Of a DNA stretch of 64,000 bases, positions 54,796 through 64,000 are shown in pieces; the first letter of the stretch is position 1, and every line of letters starts with the position of its first letter. The notes beneath the pieces are model-generated. The model searched no databases, was not told where the DNA came from, and saw nothing but the letters and a program-made list of their open reading frames with translations. Source of the stretch: an uncultured bacterium (lineage in GTDB: Bacteria > Babelota > Babeliae > Babelales > JACPOV01); NCBI GenBank assembly GCA_963744715.1, contig CAVUUR010000007.1, forward strand, positions 64,001 to 128,000. Reading direction: 5' to 3'. The position numbers and the translations under genes were made by a program.

Positions 54796-55221
54796 ATGGA
54801 TTTCACTTTTTTATCACAGATCAATTACCTAGCCGTAGCAGTATCATCAGTTATATTCTTTGTGCTTGGTTCTTTATGGTTTTCTGCATTATTTGGCTCT
54901 ATCTGGGCAGAAGAATTAGAACGCCATAATGTTGTTATAAAGCAGCCTACAAAAAACTCATTATTTATGAAGATGTTGTTAACCTTCGCTACCAATTGTA
55001 TAGCTTCTTTTGCAATGGCATGTTTAGTTGCTATGACCGGTTCAACAACCGTAATTTCCGGAATCATTCTTGGCATTATCGCAACGGTTGGTTTTGCTGC
55101 AACTACCCTTGCATCAGTTTTTAATTGGGAAAGCAGATCATTAAAACTCTTTTTAATTGATATTGGCTATCCTGCACTTGGTATTATTACAGCAGCCATT
55201 ATCCTTTCGGTATGGCACTAA
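54796..55221 (+). CDS. DUF1761 family membrane protein
   Basis: INYLAV...LGSLWFS.LFG..W...LFLID.GY. Confidence 0.85.
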   Translation: MDFTFLSQINYLAVAVSSVIFFVLGSLWFSALFGSIWAEELERHNVVIKQPTKNSLFMKMLLTFATNCIASFAMACLVAMTGSTTVISGIILGIIATVGFAATTLASVFNWESRSLKLFLIDIGYPALGIITAAIILSVWH

Positions 55222-55234
55222 TCACGCAAATCTG

Positions 55235-55270
55235 ATCAAGGAAAACATCTGTTATGATGTTTTCCTTGAT
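55235..55270 (+). terminator. 15-bp perfect hairpin after the DUF1761 gene
   Basis: atcaaggaaaacatc-tgttat-gatgttttccttgat. Confidence 0.6.
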
Positions 55271-55386
55271 TGCATAACGCTCTCACTATCAAATACCCTC
55301 GTTTCAGCATAATACTTGATTTCATTAAACCACTTATCTATATACTGTAATTCATGTTTATTAACCGTATAACAAAGGGTAGGGTA

Positions 55387-55998
55387 ATGAATTATAAAAG
55401 GCTCTCGGCAGATTCTGCTGCAGTATTATTTATCGATCATCAAACAGGCTTAACGTCTTTAGTACAAGATTTTCAACCGTATGCATTTCATAATAGTGTT
55501 CTTGCTCTTGCTAATATAGCGAAATATTTTAAGCTTCCTGCAATTTTGACCACGAGCTTTGAAAACGGACCAAATGGCCCCATTATGCCTGAACTAAAAA
55601 CACTATTTCCTGACGCCCCCTTTATTCCTCGCCCTGGCCAAATTAATGCTTGGGATAATGATGATTTTGTACACGCGGTCAAAAAAACTAATAAGAAACA
55701 ACTCATTATTGCCGGCATCGTTACTGACGTTTGTGTTGCTTTTCCAAGCCTATCTGCAATAGAGGCCGGTTATGAAGTTTTTGTTGCCGTTGATGCTTCC
55801 GGAACACTCAATGAAGTAAATCGCTACAGCGCTTGGAATCGTATGGCGAATGCTGGAGCACAATTGATGAGTTGGTTTAGCATTGCGAGTGAATTACAAC
55901 GTGACTGGCGTAATGATCCTCAAGGTTTTGGCAATCTTATCAATCAACATCTTCCTCCCTATAAAAATTTGACTGATAGTTATAAAGCTAAAAAATGA
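55387..55998 (+). CDS. ycaC: YcaC-like isochorismatase-family hydrolase
   Basis: IDHQTGL, GPNGP, RPGQINAWDN, TDVCVAFP, ELQRDWR. Confidence 0.9.
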   Translation: MNYKRLSADSAAVLFIDHQTGLTSLVQDFQPYAFHNSVLALANIAKYFKLPAILTTSFENGPNGPIMPELKTLFPDAPFIPRPGQINAWDNDDFVHAVKKTNKKQLIIAGIVTDVCVAFPSLSAIEAGYEVFVAVDASGTLNEVNRYSAWNRMANAGAQLMSWFSIASELQRDWRNDPQGFGNLINQHLPPYKNLTDSYKAKK

Positions 55999-56089
55999 TC
56001 ATATTCTATTGAGAAAAGGTCAGTATTTTTATTACACTATTTGTAGTATAAAATTTTGGTAGAAAACAATAGCACCAGTAAAGGTTGTC

Positions 56090-56524
56090 GTGAAGAATGA
56101 TGTGCCTCTTAAAAATGGTATTGTTATTCCTGGTTATGAGTTTGAAATAACAACCAGCAGATCTGGCGGCGCCGGCGGTCAGCATGTTAATAAAACAAGC
56201 ACACGCATCACCATTCGTTGGAACGTTAATAAAACAACGGCATTAGATGAAGAAAGTAAAAAACGTATACTTGAAAAACTTCAAACAAAGTTGACCAGTG
56301 AAGGCGATCTAATTGTTCACAACAGCGCATCACGCAGCCAACAACAAAATAAGAAAATGGCATTTATGCAGCTTGCCAGAGAACTAAATAAAGCTCTTTA
56401 TATTCCTCAAGAACGAGTGGCAACCAAGGTAACAAAGGCTGCAAAAGAATCCCGTTTACAGAAAAAAACGCATCGAAGCGCTATAAAAAAAATGCGCATT
56501 AAAAAACATTACGCGGATGATTAA
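56090..56524 (+). CDS. arfB: Alternative ribosome rescue factor B
   Basis: SRSGGAGGQHVNKT, RSQ..N, basic C-terminal tail. Confidence 0.92.
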   Translation: MKNDVPLKNGIVIPGYEFEITTSRSGGAGGQHVNKTSTRITIRWNVNKTTALDEESKKRILEKLQTKLTSEGDLIVHNSASRSQQQNKKMAFMQLARELNKALYIPQERVATKVTKAAKESRLQKKTHRSAIKKMRIKKHYADD

Positions 56525-56527
56525 TTA

Positions 56528-56836
56528 TTATTTTGTAAGCCATTTTACAAAATCTTTACTAGAAACAATAGTTTTCACACCTCCTGCTACAAAACAGAAT
56601 GAGACGCAACTGCTTAAAAGATTCCCCGCACGCCCCGGACCTACTGCGAATCCCCTTAAACCTTTTTGGCAAAAATAAATACCCGTTGCTGCAGTGACAA
56701 ATCCTAATCCTGTAACCGCTAACACGCGTGGATCATTGTTGCTTGGTCCTAGCAAGGAGTCCGTGAAACTCCCCGCATGGATTATGCTGCTTGCGTATAA
56801 ACTCGATATTATCATTATTTTTTTTACGATATTCAT
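56528..56836 (-). CDS. Small hypothetical membrane protein
   Basis: Signal peptide plus two TMs; overlaps the tsaC stop. Confidence 0.55.
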   Translation of the reverse strand: MNIVKKIMIISSLYASSIIHAGSFTDSLLGPSNNDPRVLAVTGLGFVTAATGIYFCQKGLRGFAVGPGRAGNLLSSCVSFCFVAGGVKTIVSSKDFVKWLTK

Positions 56837-57486
56837 ATATTTTTCTCACTATTAATTAATAACGTACCAGTTATTTTTTCTAATTTCTCAATAGAATAGG
56901 AACCTTTGCGAATAAGTTTAACCTTATTGCCTGAACAATCCAAAATTGTTGAAGCTTGCAATGATTGCTGTGCATCTTCACCATTGATGCAATATTCTAC
57001 CTGTTGCAAAATTTCTGGATTAACTTGTTCAAAGCCTAATGGAATAGGTTCTCCCGATTGGTTAGCACTTGTGGAAAATAGAGGTCCAACACGTTGCATA
57101 AGTTTTTGTAAGCCGCTATGATCGGGAACGCGTACGGCAATGGTATCATTAGACCCTTTCATATATACCGGAATATGCTTATTTGTTTTAAGAATGAGCG
57201 TCACCGGCCCAGGCCAACATTGGCGCATAATGTTTCTTATGTTTTCAGGTAGAAAATTTTTATCAATAAATTCAAAAATAAAGCTTTCTGACTGAAATAA
57301 TGCAATATAGGGCTTATCAACTCTTTTTTTTATGACATTTAGACGATTTAATCCTTCCTGGCAAATAATTGAAAATAATCCAAAAACAGTATCAGAACTG
57401 CCTATTGCAACGTTTCCACCCCTTAAATATTCTGCCAATGTATCAAGATCTTGATCGCAATTCCACCGTAGCCTTTTGTTATTCAT
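56833..57486 (-). CDS. tsaC: L-threonylcarbamoyladenylate synthase (TsaC/Sua5)
   Basis: SDTVFGL, KKR..KP, WPGPVT, AVRVP, STSANQSG. Confidence 0.92.
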   Translation of the reverse strand: MNNKRLRWNCDQDLDTLAEYLRGGNVAIGSSDTVFGLFSIICQEGLNRLNVIKKRVDKPYIALFQSESFIFEFIDKNFLPENIRNIMRQCWPGPVTLILKTNKHIPVYMKGSNDTIAVRVPDHSGLQKLMQRVGPLFSTSANQSGEPIPLGFEQVNPEILQQVEYCINGEDAQQSLQASTILDCSGNKVKLIRKGSYSIEKLEKITGTLLINSEKNI

Positions 57487-57682
57487 TTTTAATCTTTTGT
57501 AAATAAACCTTTGGTTTTTAAACTATAATTCATTGTTTGACATTTTTAAAATATATAGTATCCTTTAAAATAAAGTGTGTAAATATAAACACAAAAGATT
57601 GTTGTGAAAAACAATGAGTCTCATTTATACAGTACTATCCCTGAAGGCTCAATAAGAAATAAACGAATTACATGGAGAACAT

Positions 57683-59113
57683 ATGATTAATCAAAACAAA
57701 CAAACCCAGCCACAACAAAAAACCGTTGTTCCGGGAAATCAAAGAAACTACAATGAAGTAGTTGAGTTTCTTGACGCACGTTGGCAGTTAAAACTTAATG
57801 ACAAGGAATTGCATAATATTAAAGCTTTGGATAAGGCCCTTGGCAACATTTCTAAGCAAATACCAACTATTTTAGTTGGTGGAACCAATGGAAAAGGTTT
57901 AACTATTAATTTTGCCGCTACTCTTCTCAAAGAAGAAGGCTTAAAAGTTGGTGCTTTATATTCTCCGCATATTCTTACGTACAACGAACGCTTAACCATC
58001 AATAATGAAACAATTTCTAATAAAGCGTTTACTGAAGTTGCTAATGAAGTAATTAATGTTGCCGAATCTAATAACATTAAAGCACATTCTCTTGAATTAT
58101 TAATTATGATGGGATTGCTCTATTTCAAACAAAGCGGTGCTGATCTTGCTATATTAGAAATAACTGATGGTACCGTATATGAACCTTTAGCTATTTTTAG
58201 CCCTAATATTATCGCGATAACTCGTGTTGTTGATAATAATACCGTAGTGCCAAACCCGGCTGTTATGGAAAAAACCATTAAAGAAATCCTTACTATAGCC
58301 AAAAAGAATACCTACGTTGTTTCTGCTGATCAAAGCAAGGCAAACTTGCAAATTATGCTTGAAGAAACAAAGAAACATGATGGTGTTTGGTCTATGCCAA
58401 TTCGTAAATTAGCACAATTAAGCTATCCTTTTGAGCAATTACACGGACGTTGTGCTGCACTTGCTGAACGAATTTGCCAAATTTATATCAATCATGTTGC
58501 TAATAAAAATGCGGTTGTAGTAGAACATAGTTTATTAGCAAAACAACCGGGAAAACGTGGTCGTCCAACGCTCAAACAAAAACAACAAGACGCCATGAAC
58601 CCTAAGAAAACCGTTGATCAATTTTGGAAAGAAATTACAACATCGTTGCCAGCGCATTTCCAAGTTCTTGATAAAGAAAAACCAACCATATTATTGGATA
58701 ATGCAAGCAATATCGATGCATTAGAAAATCTTCTTTTAGGGATTAGATTATTACATTATCGACGTCCATTAAAAGGATTGACCTTCATTTTTGGTTGCGA
58801 TAAAAATACTATAAATACTGAAGAATTTTTACGACTCCTTCGTTATTTTTCAAAGAAGAACTCAGGAAATATTATTTTCTGTCCTATTAACAATAATATT
58901 ACTGGCATCAAAACTGAATCATGGGATGTTGAACAAATTACCAATGATGTAAAAAGCTTGAAAATTAAAGCAAAATCAGCCAAAAACTTTGAAGATGCAT
59001 TTGACCAAGCTAAAAAATCAAATGTTGATGAACGTTATGGTTTGATTGTTATTTCAGGTTCAAAGTCAATTATTTCTGAATACTGGCATCTTAAAGGGAT
59101 AAAAAAACTATAA
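57683..59113 (+). CDS. Divergent FolC-like Mur-ligase-fold protein
   Basis: GGTNGKG, YSPH...NER..IN, D.AILE, ILLDNASN, V.SGS. Confidence 0.7.
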   Translation: MINQNKQTQPQQKTVVPGNQRNYNEVVEFLDARWQLKLNDKELHNIKALDKALGNISKQIPTILVGGTNGKGLTINFAATLLKEEGLKVGALYSPHILTYNERLTINNETISNKAFTEVANEVINVAESNNIKAHSLELLIMMGLLYFKQSGADLAILEITDGTVYEPLAIFSPNIIAITRVVDNNTVVPNPAVMEKTIKEILTIAKKNTYVVSADQSKANLQIMLEETKKHDGVWSMPIRKLAQLSYPFEQLHGRCAALAERICQIYINHVANKNAVVVEHSLLAKQPGKRGRPTLKQKQQDAMNPKKTVDQFWKEITTSLPAHFQVLDKEKPTILLDNASNIDALENLLLGIRLLHYRRPLKGLTFIFGCDKNTINTEEFLRLLRYFSKKNSGNIIFCPINNNITGIKTESWDVEQITNDVKSLKIKAKSAKNFEDAFDQAKKSNVDERYGLIVISGSKSIISEYWHLKGIKKL

Positions 59114-59389
59114 TTGATTATGATTAGTTTTTTCTCTTTTGTTTTATCAGTATTAGTTGGTATTACAAGTGGTAGTATTTATGGGCTTTTGTTTTTGCGA
59201 ACAAAAGCCCTTCTCTTTTTAACGCAGAAATCATCAATATTTTTATCATACCTGATTCCGATAGTACGGTTTATAGTAATAAGTTGTTTTTTTCTCTATA
59301 TATTGCGAATCTCTTCTATTCATTCTATACTCGTACTAATAATCTTTTTAAGTACATTTTGGTTTATACTAATAAAAAAGGTCCTCTAA
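59114..59389 (+). CDS. ATP synthase accessory membrane protein (AtpI/AtpR-like)
   Basis: Three TMs, immediately upstream of atpB. Confidence 0.55.
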   Translation: MIMISFFSFVLSVLVGITSGSIYGLLFLRTKALLFLTQKSSIFLSYLIPIVRFIVISCFFLYILRISSIHSILVLIIFLSTFWFILIKKVL

Positions 59390-59390
59390 C

Positions 59391-60131
59391 ATGAAATCTT
59401 TTGAGGGATTAGAACAAACTACCTGGAATCCCTTAAGTATTTTTGGACTGCATTATGAATTAGCAGAAATTAATATATCAACCATCATTAATACATGGGT
59501 AGTTCTAGGTATATTAATTACCTTATTAGTCCTGTGTCGAATCCTGATGCGCAACAGACGGGGGATTATCCACTATCTGGTAACGTCAAGTATCGTATCA
59601 TTTATGGATTTAGTAACACAGACCTTAGGATCTTTTATATATCCCTATTTCGCCTTAGTTCTTTCATTATTTATTTTTATTTTATTATGTAATTGGGCCA
59701 GCATCATTCCTTGGATGTCAGAACCAACTAAAGATCTTAATACAACCTTGGCGCTCGGACTAATCTCATTTTTTTATAAAGAAGTCGAAGGCATACGAGT
59801 ACGTGGATTTAAAAATTATTTAAAAGAATTTTTACAACCTTTTTTCATAATGTTTCCCGTTAACATTATTGGTCATTTCTCTAAAATAATTTCCATATCA
59901 TTTCGTTTATTTGGTAATATTTTTGGCGGATCAGTAATTATGGAACTGTATCAACATGCAATGGCCAGCTCTATACTGGCACAACTAGTAGGACTTTTTT
60001 CAGGAATTAATTTTCTTATTATTCTTTTTTTTGGTGTTTTTGAAGGCCTTATTCAAGCATTTGTTTTTGCTATGCTTACCTTAACCTATTTAACTATAGC
60101 TGTTTATGATGAACATGCAGGAGAACTATAG
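59391..60131 (+). CDS. atpB: F0 ATP synthase subunit a
   Basis: PTKDLNTTLAL, SFRLFGNI, IQAFVFAMLT..Y. Confidence 0.95.
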   Translation: MKSFEGLEQTTWNPLSIFGLHYELAEINISTIINTWVVLGILITLLVLCRILMRNRRGIIHYLVTSSIVSFMDLVTQTLGSFIYPYFALVLSLFIFILLCNWASIIPWMSEPTKDLNTTLALGLISFFYKEVEGIRVRGFKNYLKEFLQPFFIMFPVNIIGHFSKIISISFRLFGNIFGGSVIMELYQHAMASSILAQLVGLFSGINFLIILFFGVFEGLIQAFVFAMLTLTYLTIAVYDEHAGEL

Positions 60132-60133
60132 CA

Positions 60134-61090
60134 ATGACTGAATATATACATCTTTTTAATTATATCAGTATTGCCGGCATCGTAGGATGTACCACACTGG
60201 GCGTTGGCATAGGCAGTGGAAAATCAAGTTTTGCTGCATTACAAGCAATGAATATACAACCAAGTGCAAAACAAGAAATAACAAAAGCTACCATTATTGG
60301 ATTAGCATTAATTGAAACCGCAGCAATATTAGCATTGATCATTATTTTTTTAATATTTCCTTGGCAAGTTTCTTCTAATGAATATCAAGCACTTGCTAAA
60401 GTTGGCATAGCCTGTGCAATAGGCATAACAGGATTCATGTCGGGATTAGTTTCGGCGTATCCTCTTTCACAAGCATGTTACGCATTAGCACGCCAACCAT
60501 TTTTTAGTCAAAAAATTATAAATTTAATGCTCATAACGCAATCAATTATACAAACACCCCTCATCTTTGGATTTCTTGTTTCTCTGGCCATTATAGGGCA
60601 ATTAGAATCTATCAACACACTTACACAAAGCCTTATGGTTATTGCCAGCGGCCTTGCCATAGGAGTTGGTTCAATAGGCCCGATTATTGGGTTAGCAAAA
60701 TTTGCCCAAACCGCATGCCAAAGTATTAGTATTAATAAAAAAGCATATAATCAACTTATACCATTTACCTTTATGAGCCAGGCAATCATAGAAACACCTA
60801 TTATTTTTGCCTTACTTATTTCTCTCATTATAATAGGAAGTTTACATCGCACTAATATAACATTATTAACGGCTGTTCAGGCATTAGCAGCATCGCTATG
60901 CATAGGAATTGGCACTATTTCTCCGGGATTAAGCTCAAGCAAGACCGCCTCAAATGCTTGCAAACAAATCGCCCTTAATCCGCAACACTACAGAAAAATT
61001 TCTCAGATAAGTCTCTTTGGACAAGGCCTTATTGATGCTGCCGCTGTGTATGCTTTACTCATTTCACTTTTTATAGTATTGCTTAAATAA
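60134..61090 (+). CDS. atpE: F0 subunit c with four fused hairpins (8 TM)
   Basis: Four roughly 80-aa c repeats: GLALIETA, QSIIQTP, QAIIETP, QGLIDAA; (R/I)QP loops. Confidence 0.88.
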   Translation: MTEYIHLFNYISIAGIVGCTTLGVGIGSGKSSFAALQAMNIQPSAKQEITKATIIGLALIETAAILALIIIFLIFPWQVSSNEYQALAKVGIACAIGITGFMSGLVSAYPLSQACYALARQPFFSQKIINLMLITQSIIQTPLIFGFLVSLAIIGQLESINTLTQSLMVIASGLAIGVGSIGPIIGLAKFAQTACQSISINKKAYNQLIPFTFMSQAIIETPIIFALLISLIIIGSLHRTNITLLTAVQALAASLCIGIGTISPGLSSSKTASNACKQIALNPQHYRKISQISLFGQGLIDAAAVYALLISLFIVLLK

Positions 61091-61117
61091 AATACTGATT
61101 CCCTAAAAGAGTGGTAT

Positions 61118-62257
61118 ATGAAAAAGGAGATACAAGTTGTATACATTATCACTAAGTTAGAGCTTGGTGGTGCACAAAAAGTATGTCTTTCTTTACTTGA
61201 AGAACTTCAAAAAGCTGGGCAAATAACCATACTTATATCAGGCAATGAAGGAGTTCTTGTAAACGATATAAAGCACAACAAAAACATTTACCTTTTTGAT
61301 CATTTTAAACGCGAAATCTCATTAGCAACTCTCTACAGCGAATTAAAAATTTTTTTTACTCTTATAACAACTCTTAAACAATTAAAAAAACAATATGCGC
61401 ATCTTATCGTACATACTCATAGCACCAAAGCCGGATTAATTGGACGATGGGCAGCATTTTTTGCTGGAATAAAAAATAGAATTCATACCGTGCATGGTTT
61501 TGGTTTTCATCCGTATCAAAATAAAATTGGCTGGATCATTAACTATATATTAGAATTATTAACCAATGTAATAACTACCCATTATGTATGTGTTTCTTCA
61601 TATGATGTAAAAACAGGCATTGCATTATTACCCTCTTTTGCTCACAAACATTCTATCATTCGAGCTGCCGTTACCTTTGAATATCTACCCGCGTACCAAT
61701 TGACGTCATTTCCTCCCGATGATGAACCATTTATATTTGGTACCGTTGCATGTTTTAAAAAACAAAAAAATATTGTAGATTTATTAAAAGCATTTACAAA
61801 GGCTCACCAACACAATCCCCATATACAACTGCAAATAATAGGCGACGGTCATTTACGCCCCCTTATCGAATCTTATATCGATGAACATGCGTTAACGGAT
61901 GTCGTTACACTTCTTGGATGGCAAAAAAATGTTGTTCCTTTAATGAGTACATGGCATGCCTTTGTTCTGAGCTCATTGTGGGAAGGACTCCCATGCGCTA
62001 TTGTTGAAGCGCGTCTTCTAAAACTTCCTATTATTTCTTACAAAACCGGCGGTATTGCCGATGTAATATCAGATGGTGAAAACGGTTGGCTGTGTCACCC
62101 AGGCAATTGGCAACGTTTAGCACAATTAATGTTGGATATAAGCAAAAATAAACCGGTTTATGAACGTTTTAAATATTGTAATGAAGATTTAAGTAGTTTC
62201 CACACTACCACGATGATTAAAGATCACATTCAACTTTATCGCTCTTTATTAAAATAA
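61118..62257 (+). CDS. GT4 glycosyltransferase
   Basis: GGAQK, VHTHS.KAG, SSLWEGLP..IVEA. Confidence 0.92.
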   Translation: MKKEIQVVYIITKLELGGAQKVCLSLLEELQKAGQITILISGNEGVLVNDIKHNKNIYLFDHFKREISLATLYSELKIFFTLITTLKQLKKQYAHLIVHTHSTKAGLIGRWAAFFAGIKNRIHTVHGFGFHPYQNKIGWIINYILELLTNVITTHYVCVSSYDVKTGIALLPSFAHKHSIIRAAVTFEYLPAYQLTSFPPDDEPFIFGTVACFKKQKNIVDLLKAFTKAHQHNPHIQLQIIGDGHLRPLIESYIDEHALTDVVTLLGWQKNVVPLMSTWHAFVLSSLWEGLPCAIVEARLLKLPIISYKTGGIADVISDGENGWLCHPGNWQRLAQLMLDISKNKPVYERFKYCNEDLSSFHTTTMIKDHIQLYRSLLK

Positions 62258-62338
62258 TTTTTCAGTGACATCTGAGCTATTTTCCGTTATTTTCTATATA
62301 CTTTTTAGACGTAGATTTCAATTAAAAAGGATCAACCT

Positions 62339-63250
62339 ATGACCTATAAAACGTTACTAGAAACAATAGGTAACACCCCATTGATTAAAGTTAATTTCGG
62401 AACACCTTCATTGGTTTTAGCCAAGCTTGATTATCTCAATCCTGGCGGCAGCCTCAAAGATCGATCAGCATTATATATGATAGAAGAAGCTGAAAAATCC
62501 GGATTGTTAAAACCCGGAGGGACTATTATTGATGCATCATCAGGCAACCAGGGCATTGCAAGCGCCATGATTGGTGCAATAAAAGGGTACAAGGTTATTA
62601 TTACCGTTTCAGAAAAAATTAGCCAAGAAAAAATGCAAACCCTTAAAGCTTATGGCGCGCATATTATTATTTGCCCATCTACTCAACATCTTGAAGATCC
62701 ACAAAGCTATCATAGCCAAGCTGTTGCACTTCATAAAAAAACTCCTAACTCGTTCATGCCAAACCAATATTTTAATTGTTCAAATAGGGATGCCCACTAT
62801 CATTCCCTGGGCCCTGAAATTTGGCAGCAAACAAACGGTTCCGTTACCCATCTTTTTGCGGCCGCCGGAACTGGTGGACACGTTAGCGGTCTTGGCCGTT
62901 ATTTAAAAGAGAAAAATCCTGCCATCAAAGTAATTGCTCTTGATGCCTTAACCTCATGGCGATCAACGGGTGGCAACCCCAAACCGTACAAAATCGAAGG
63001 AATAGGCGTTGATTTTAAATCACCAGTACTGGATGAAAAGATAATTGATGAGTTTATTGGCGTTAGTGATGAACAAGGATTAGGAATTCTTAAAGAACTC
63101 GCACATAACCATGGTCTGTTAGTTGGTCCAAGTAGTGGAGCTGTTGCCTATGCAGCGCGAGAGTATGCTAAAAATCTTTCTAACGATGCTGTTGTTGTTA
63201 TGATTTTGGGTGATTCAGGTCGCGCATATCTTACGAAAAATTTTTACTAA
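62339..63250 (+). CDS. PLP-dependent cysteine synthase/cystathionine beta-synthase family
   Basis: IGNTPL, NPGGSLKDR, SSGNQG, GTGG, IEGIG, GPSSG. Confidence 0.92.
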   Translation: MTYKTLLETIGNTPLIKVNFGTPSLVLAKLDYLNPGGSLKDRSALYMIEEAEKSGLLKPGGTIIDASSGNQGIASAMIGAIKGYKVIITVSEKISQEKMQTLKAYGAHIIICPSTQHLEDPQSYHSQAVALHKKTPNSFMPNQYFNCSNRDAHYHSLGPEIWQQTNGSVTHLFAAAGTGGHVSGLGRYLKEKNPAIKVIALDALTSWRSTGGNPKPYKIEGIGVDFKSPVLDEKIIDEFIGVSDEQGLGILKELAHNHGLLVGPSSGAVAYAAREYAKNLSNDAVVVMILGDSGRAYLTKNFY

Positions 63251-63447
63251 AAAAATGGCCTACACTACCTTGATTAAGCAAAAAAATAACTCTCTGTAAA
63301 AATAGAAACCCCCATCCAGACAAAAAGTCTTGGACAGGGGAAATGGAGGTTATCTAGTTATTTTTTAAGTTATTAATTAGTAGGAGAATACAGTAACCCT
63401 TCATAAAAATCAAATTTTTTATACCACAGACCTGTTATTTTAAAAAT

Positions 63448-63999
63448 TCATTTAGAAATATATTCATAGAGTTTAACGTATTCATTAATCATTCGTTTAC
63501 TATTAAATGACGTTATAACGCTCGCGTATGCTTCCTTCCCCAGTTGTTCAGCTAATGCGCTATCTTCAATCAGCATTGTTAACGCTTGAACTAACGCATT
63601 AACATTTTCACAGGGCACTAACAATCCATTTTTTTTATTAACAATAACATCATGAAATAATTCTTGATTAGTAACAACGCACGGCAGTGAACAACTCATA
63701 GCTTCCAATAACGCCAGTGAAATTCCTTCTTTAAATGATGACAGTGCAAAACAATCAAGTAACGGATAATAACTACATGCATCTTGACCTATAATAAAAC
63801 TAACTTCCTCTTCTATGCCTAATTTTTTTGCTTGCATACGCAAGGCATGTTCCTCGGGCCCTGATCCCATAAGCATCAAGCGAGCATGAGAATGTTGTTC
63901 ATGTACTTGTTTAAATGCATTAATTAATAAAGGATAATTTTTAATTGGTACAAATCTACCAGCTGAACCAATAATAACATGTTCATCAGAACAATGAAC
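63448..63999 (-). CDS. GT4 glycosyltransferase, 5' part outside window
   Basis: Frame open to the edge: GSAGRFVPIKNY...SSFKEGISLALLEAM. Confidence 0.88.
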   Translation of the reverse strand, partial: VHCSDEHVIIGSAGRFVPIKNYPLLINAFKQVHEQHSHARLMLMGSGPEEHALRMQAKKLGIEEEVSFIIGQDACSYYPLLDCFALSSFKEGISLALLEAMSCSLPCVVTNQELFHDVIVNKKNGLLVPCENVNALVQALTMLIEDSALAEQLGKEAYASVITSFNSKRMINEYVKLYEYISK

Positions 64000-64000
64000 A

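Noticed and set aside
1..64000. CRISPR array, IS elements, rRNA, riboswitches
   Set aside because: No regularly spaced repeats, transposase motifs or recognisable riboswitch consensus found by eye; a covariance-model scan of the intergenic regions was not possible

Overview
AT-rich bacterial chromosome segment. Gene content suggests an intracellular, amoeba-associated lifestyle, most consistent with Dependentiae/TM6 (inference): tandem NTT nucleotide translocases, many signal-peptide hypotheticals, eukaryote-like effectors and paralogous beta-barrel-like proteins. Most of the window is housekeeping: rpsU, rbfA, ftsH, rpmB, rpsT, pgsA, mnmA, argS, dnaX, der, thrS, nth, xerC, mrdA, rpsB, lon, atpB/E, tRNA-Ala, tRNA-Ser and SRP RNA. 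The most unusual items are (1) an FtsH with two tandem, diverged AAA+ modules; (2) an ATP synthase c subunit made of four fused hairpins, one lacking the ion-binding carboxylate; (3) a Sec-signal polymorphic toxin followed by DUF2247-like immunity and a possible orphan immunity gene; (4) a 56-aa histone H1-like protein missed by the ORF track; (5) a BC/SOCS-box-like WD40 protein; (6) a membrane sensor fused to a degenerate sigma54-activator domain; and (7) a propeller plus beta-barrel gene pair bracketed by a duplicated gene 3' end. Frameshifts in ftsH, lon, argS, mnmA and pgsA look like consensus artefacts. No CRISPR array, IS element or prophage was seen. All family assignments come from motif recognition, not database searches.
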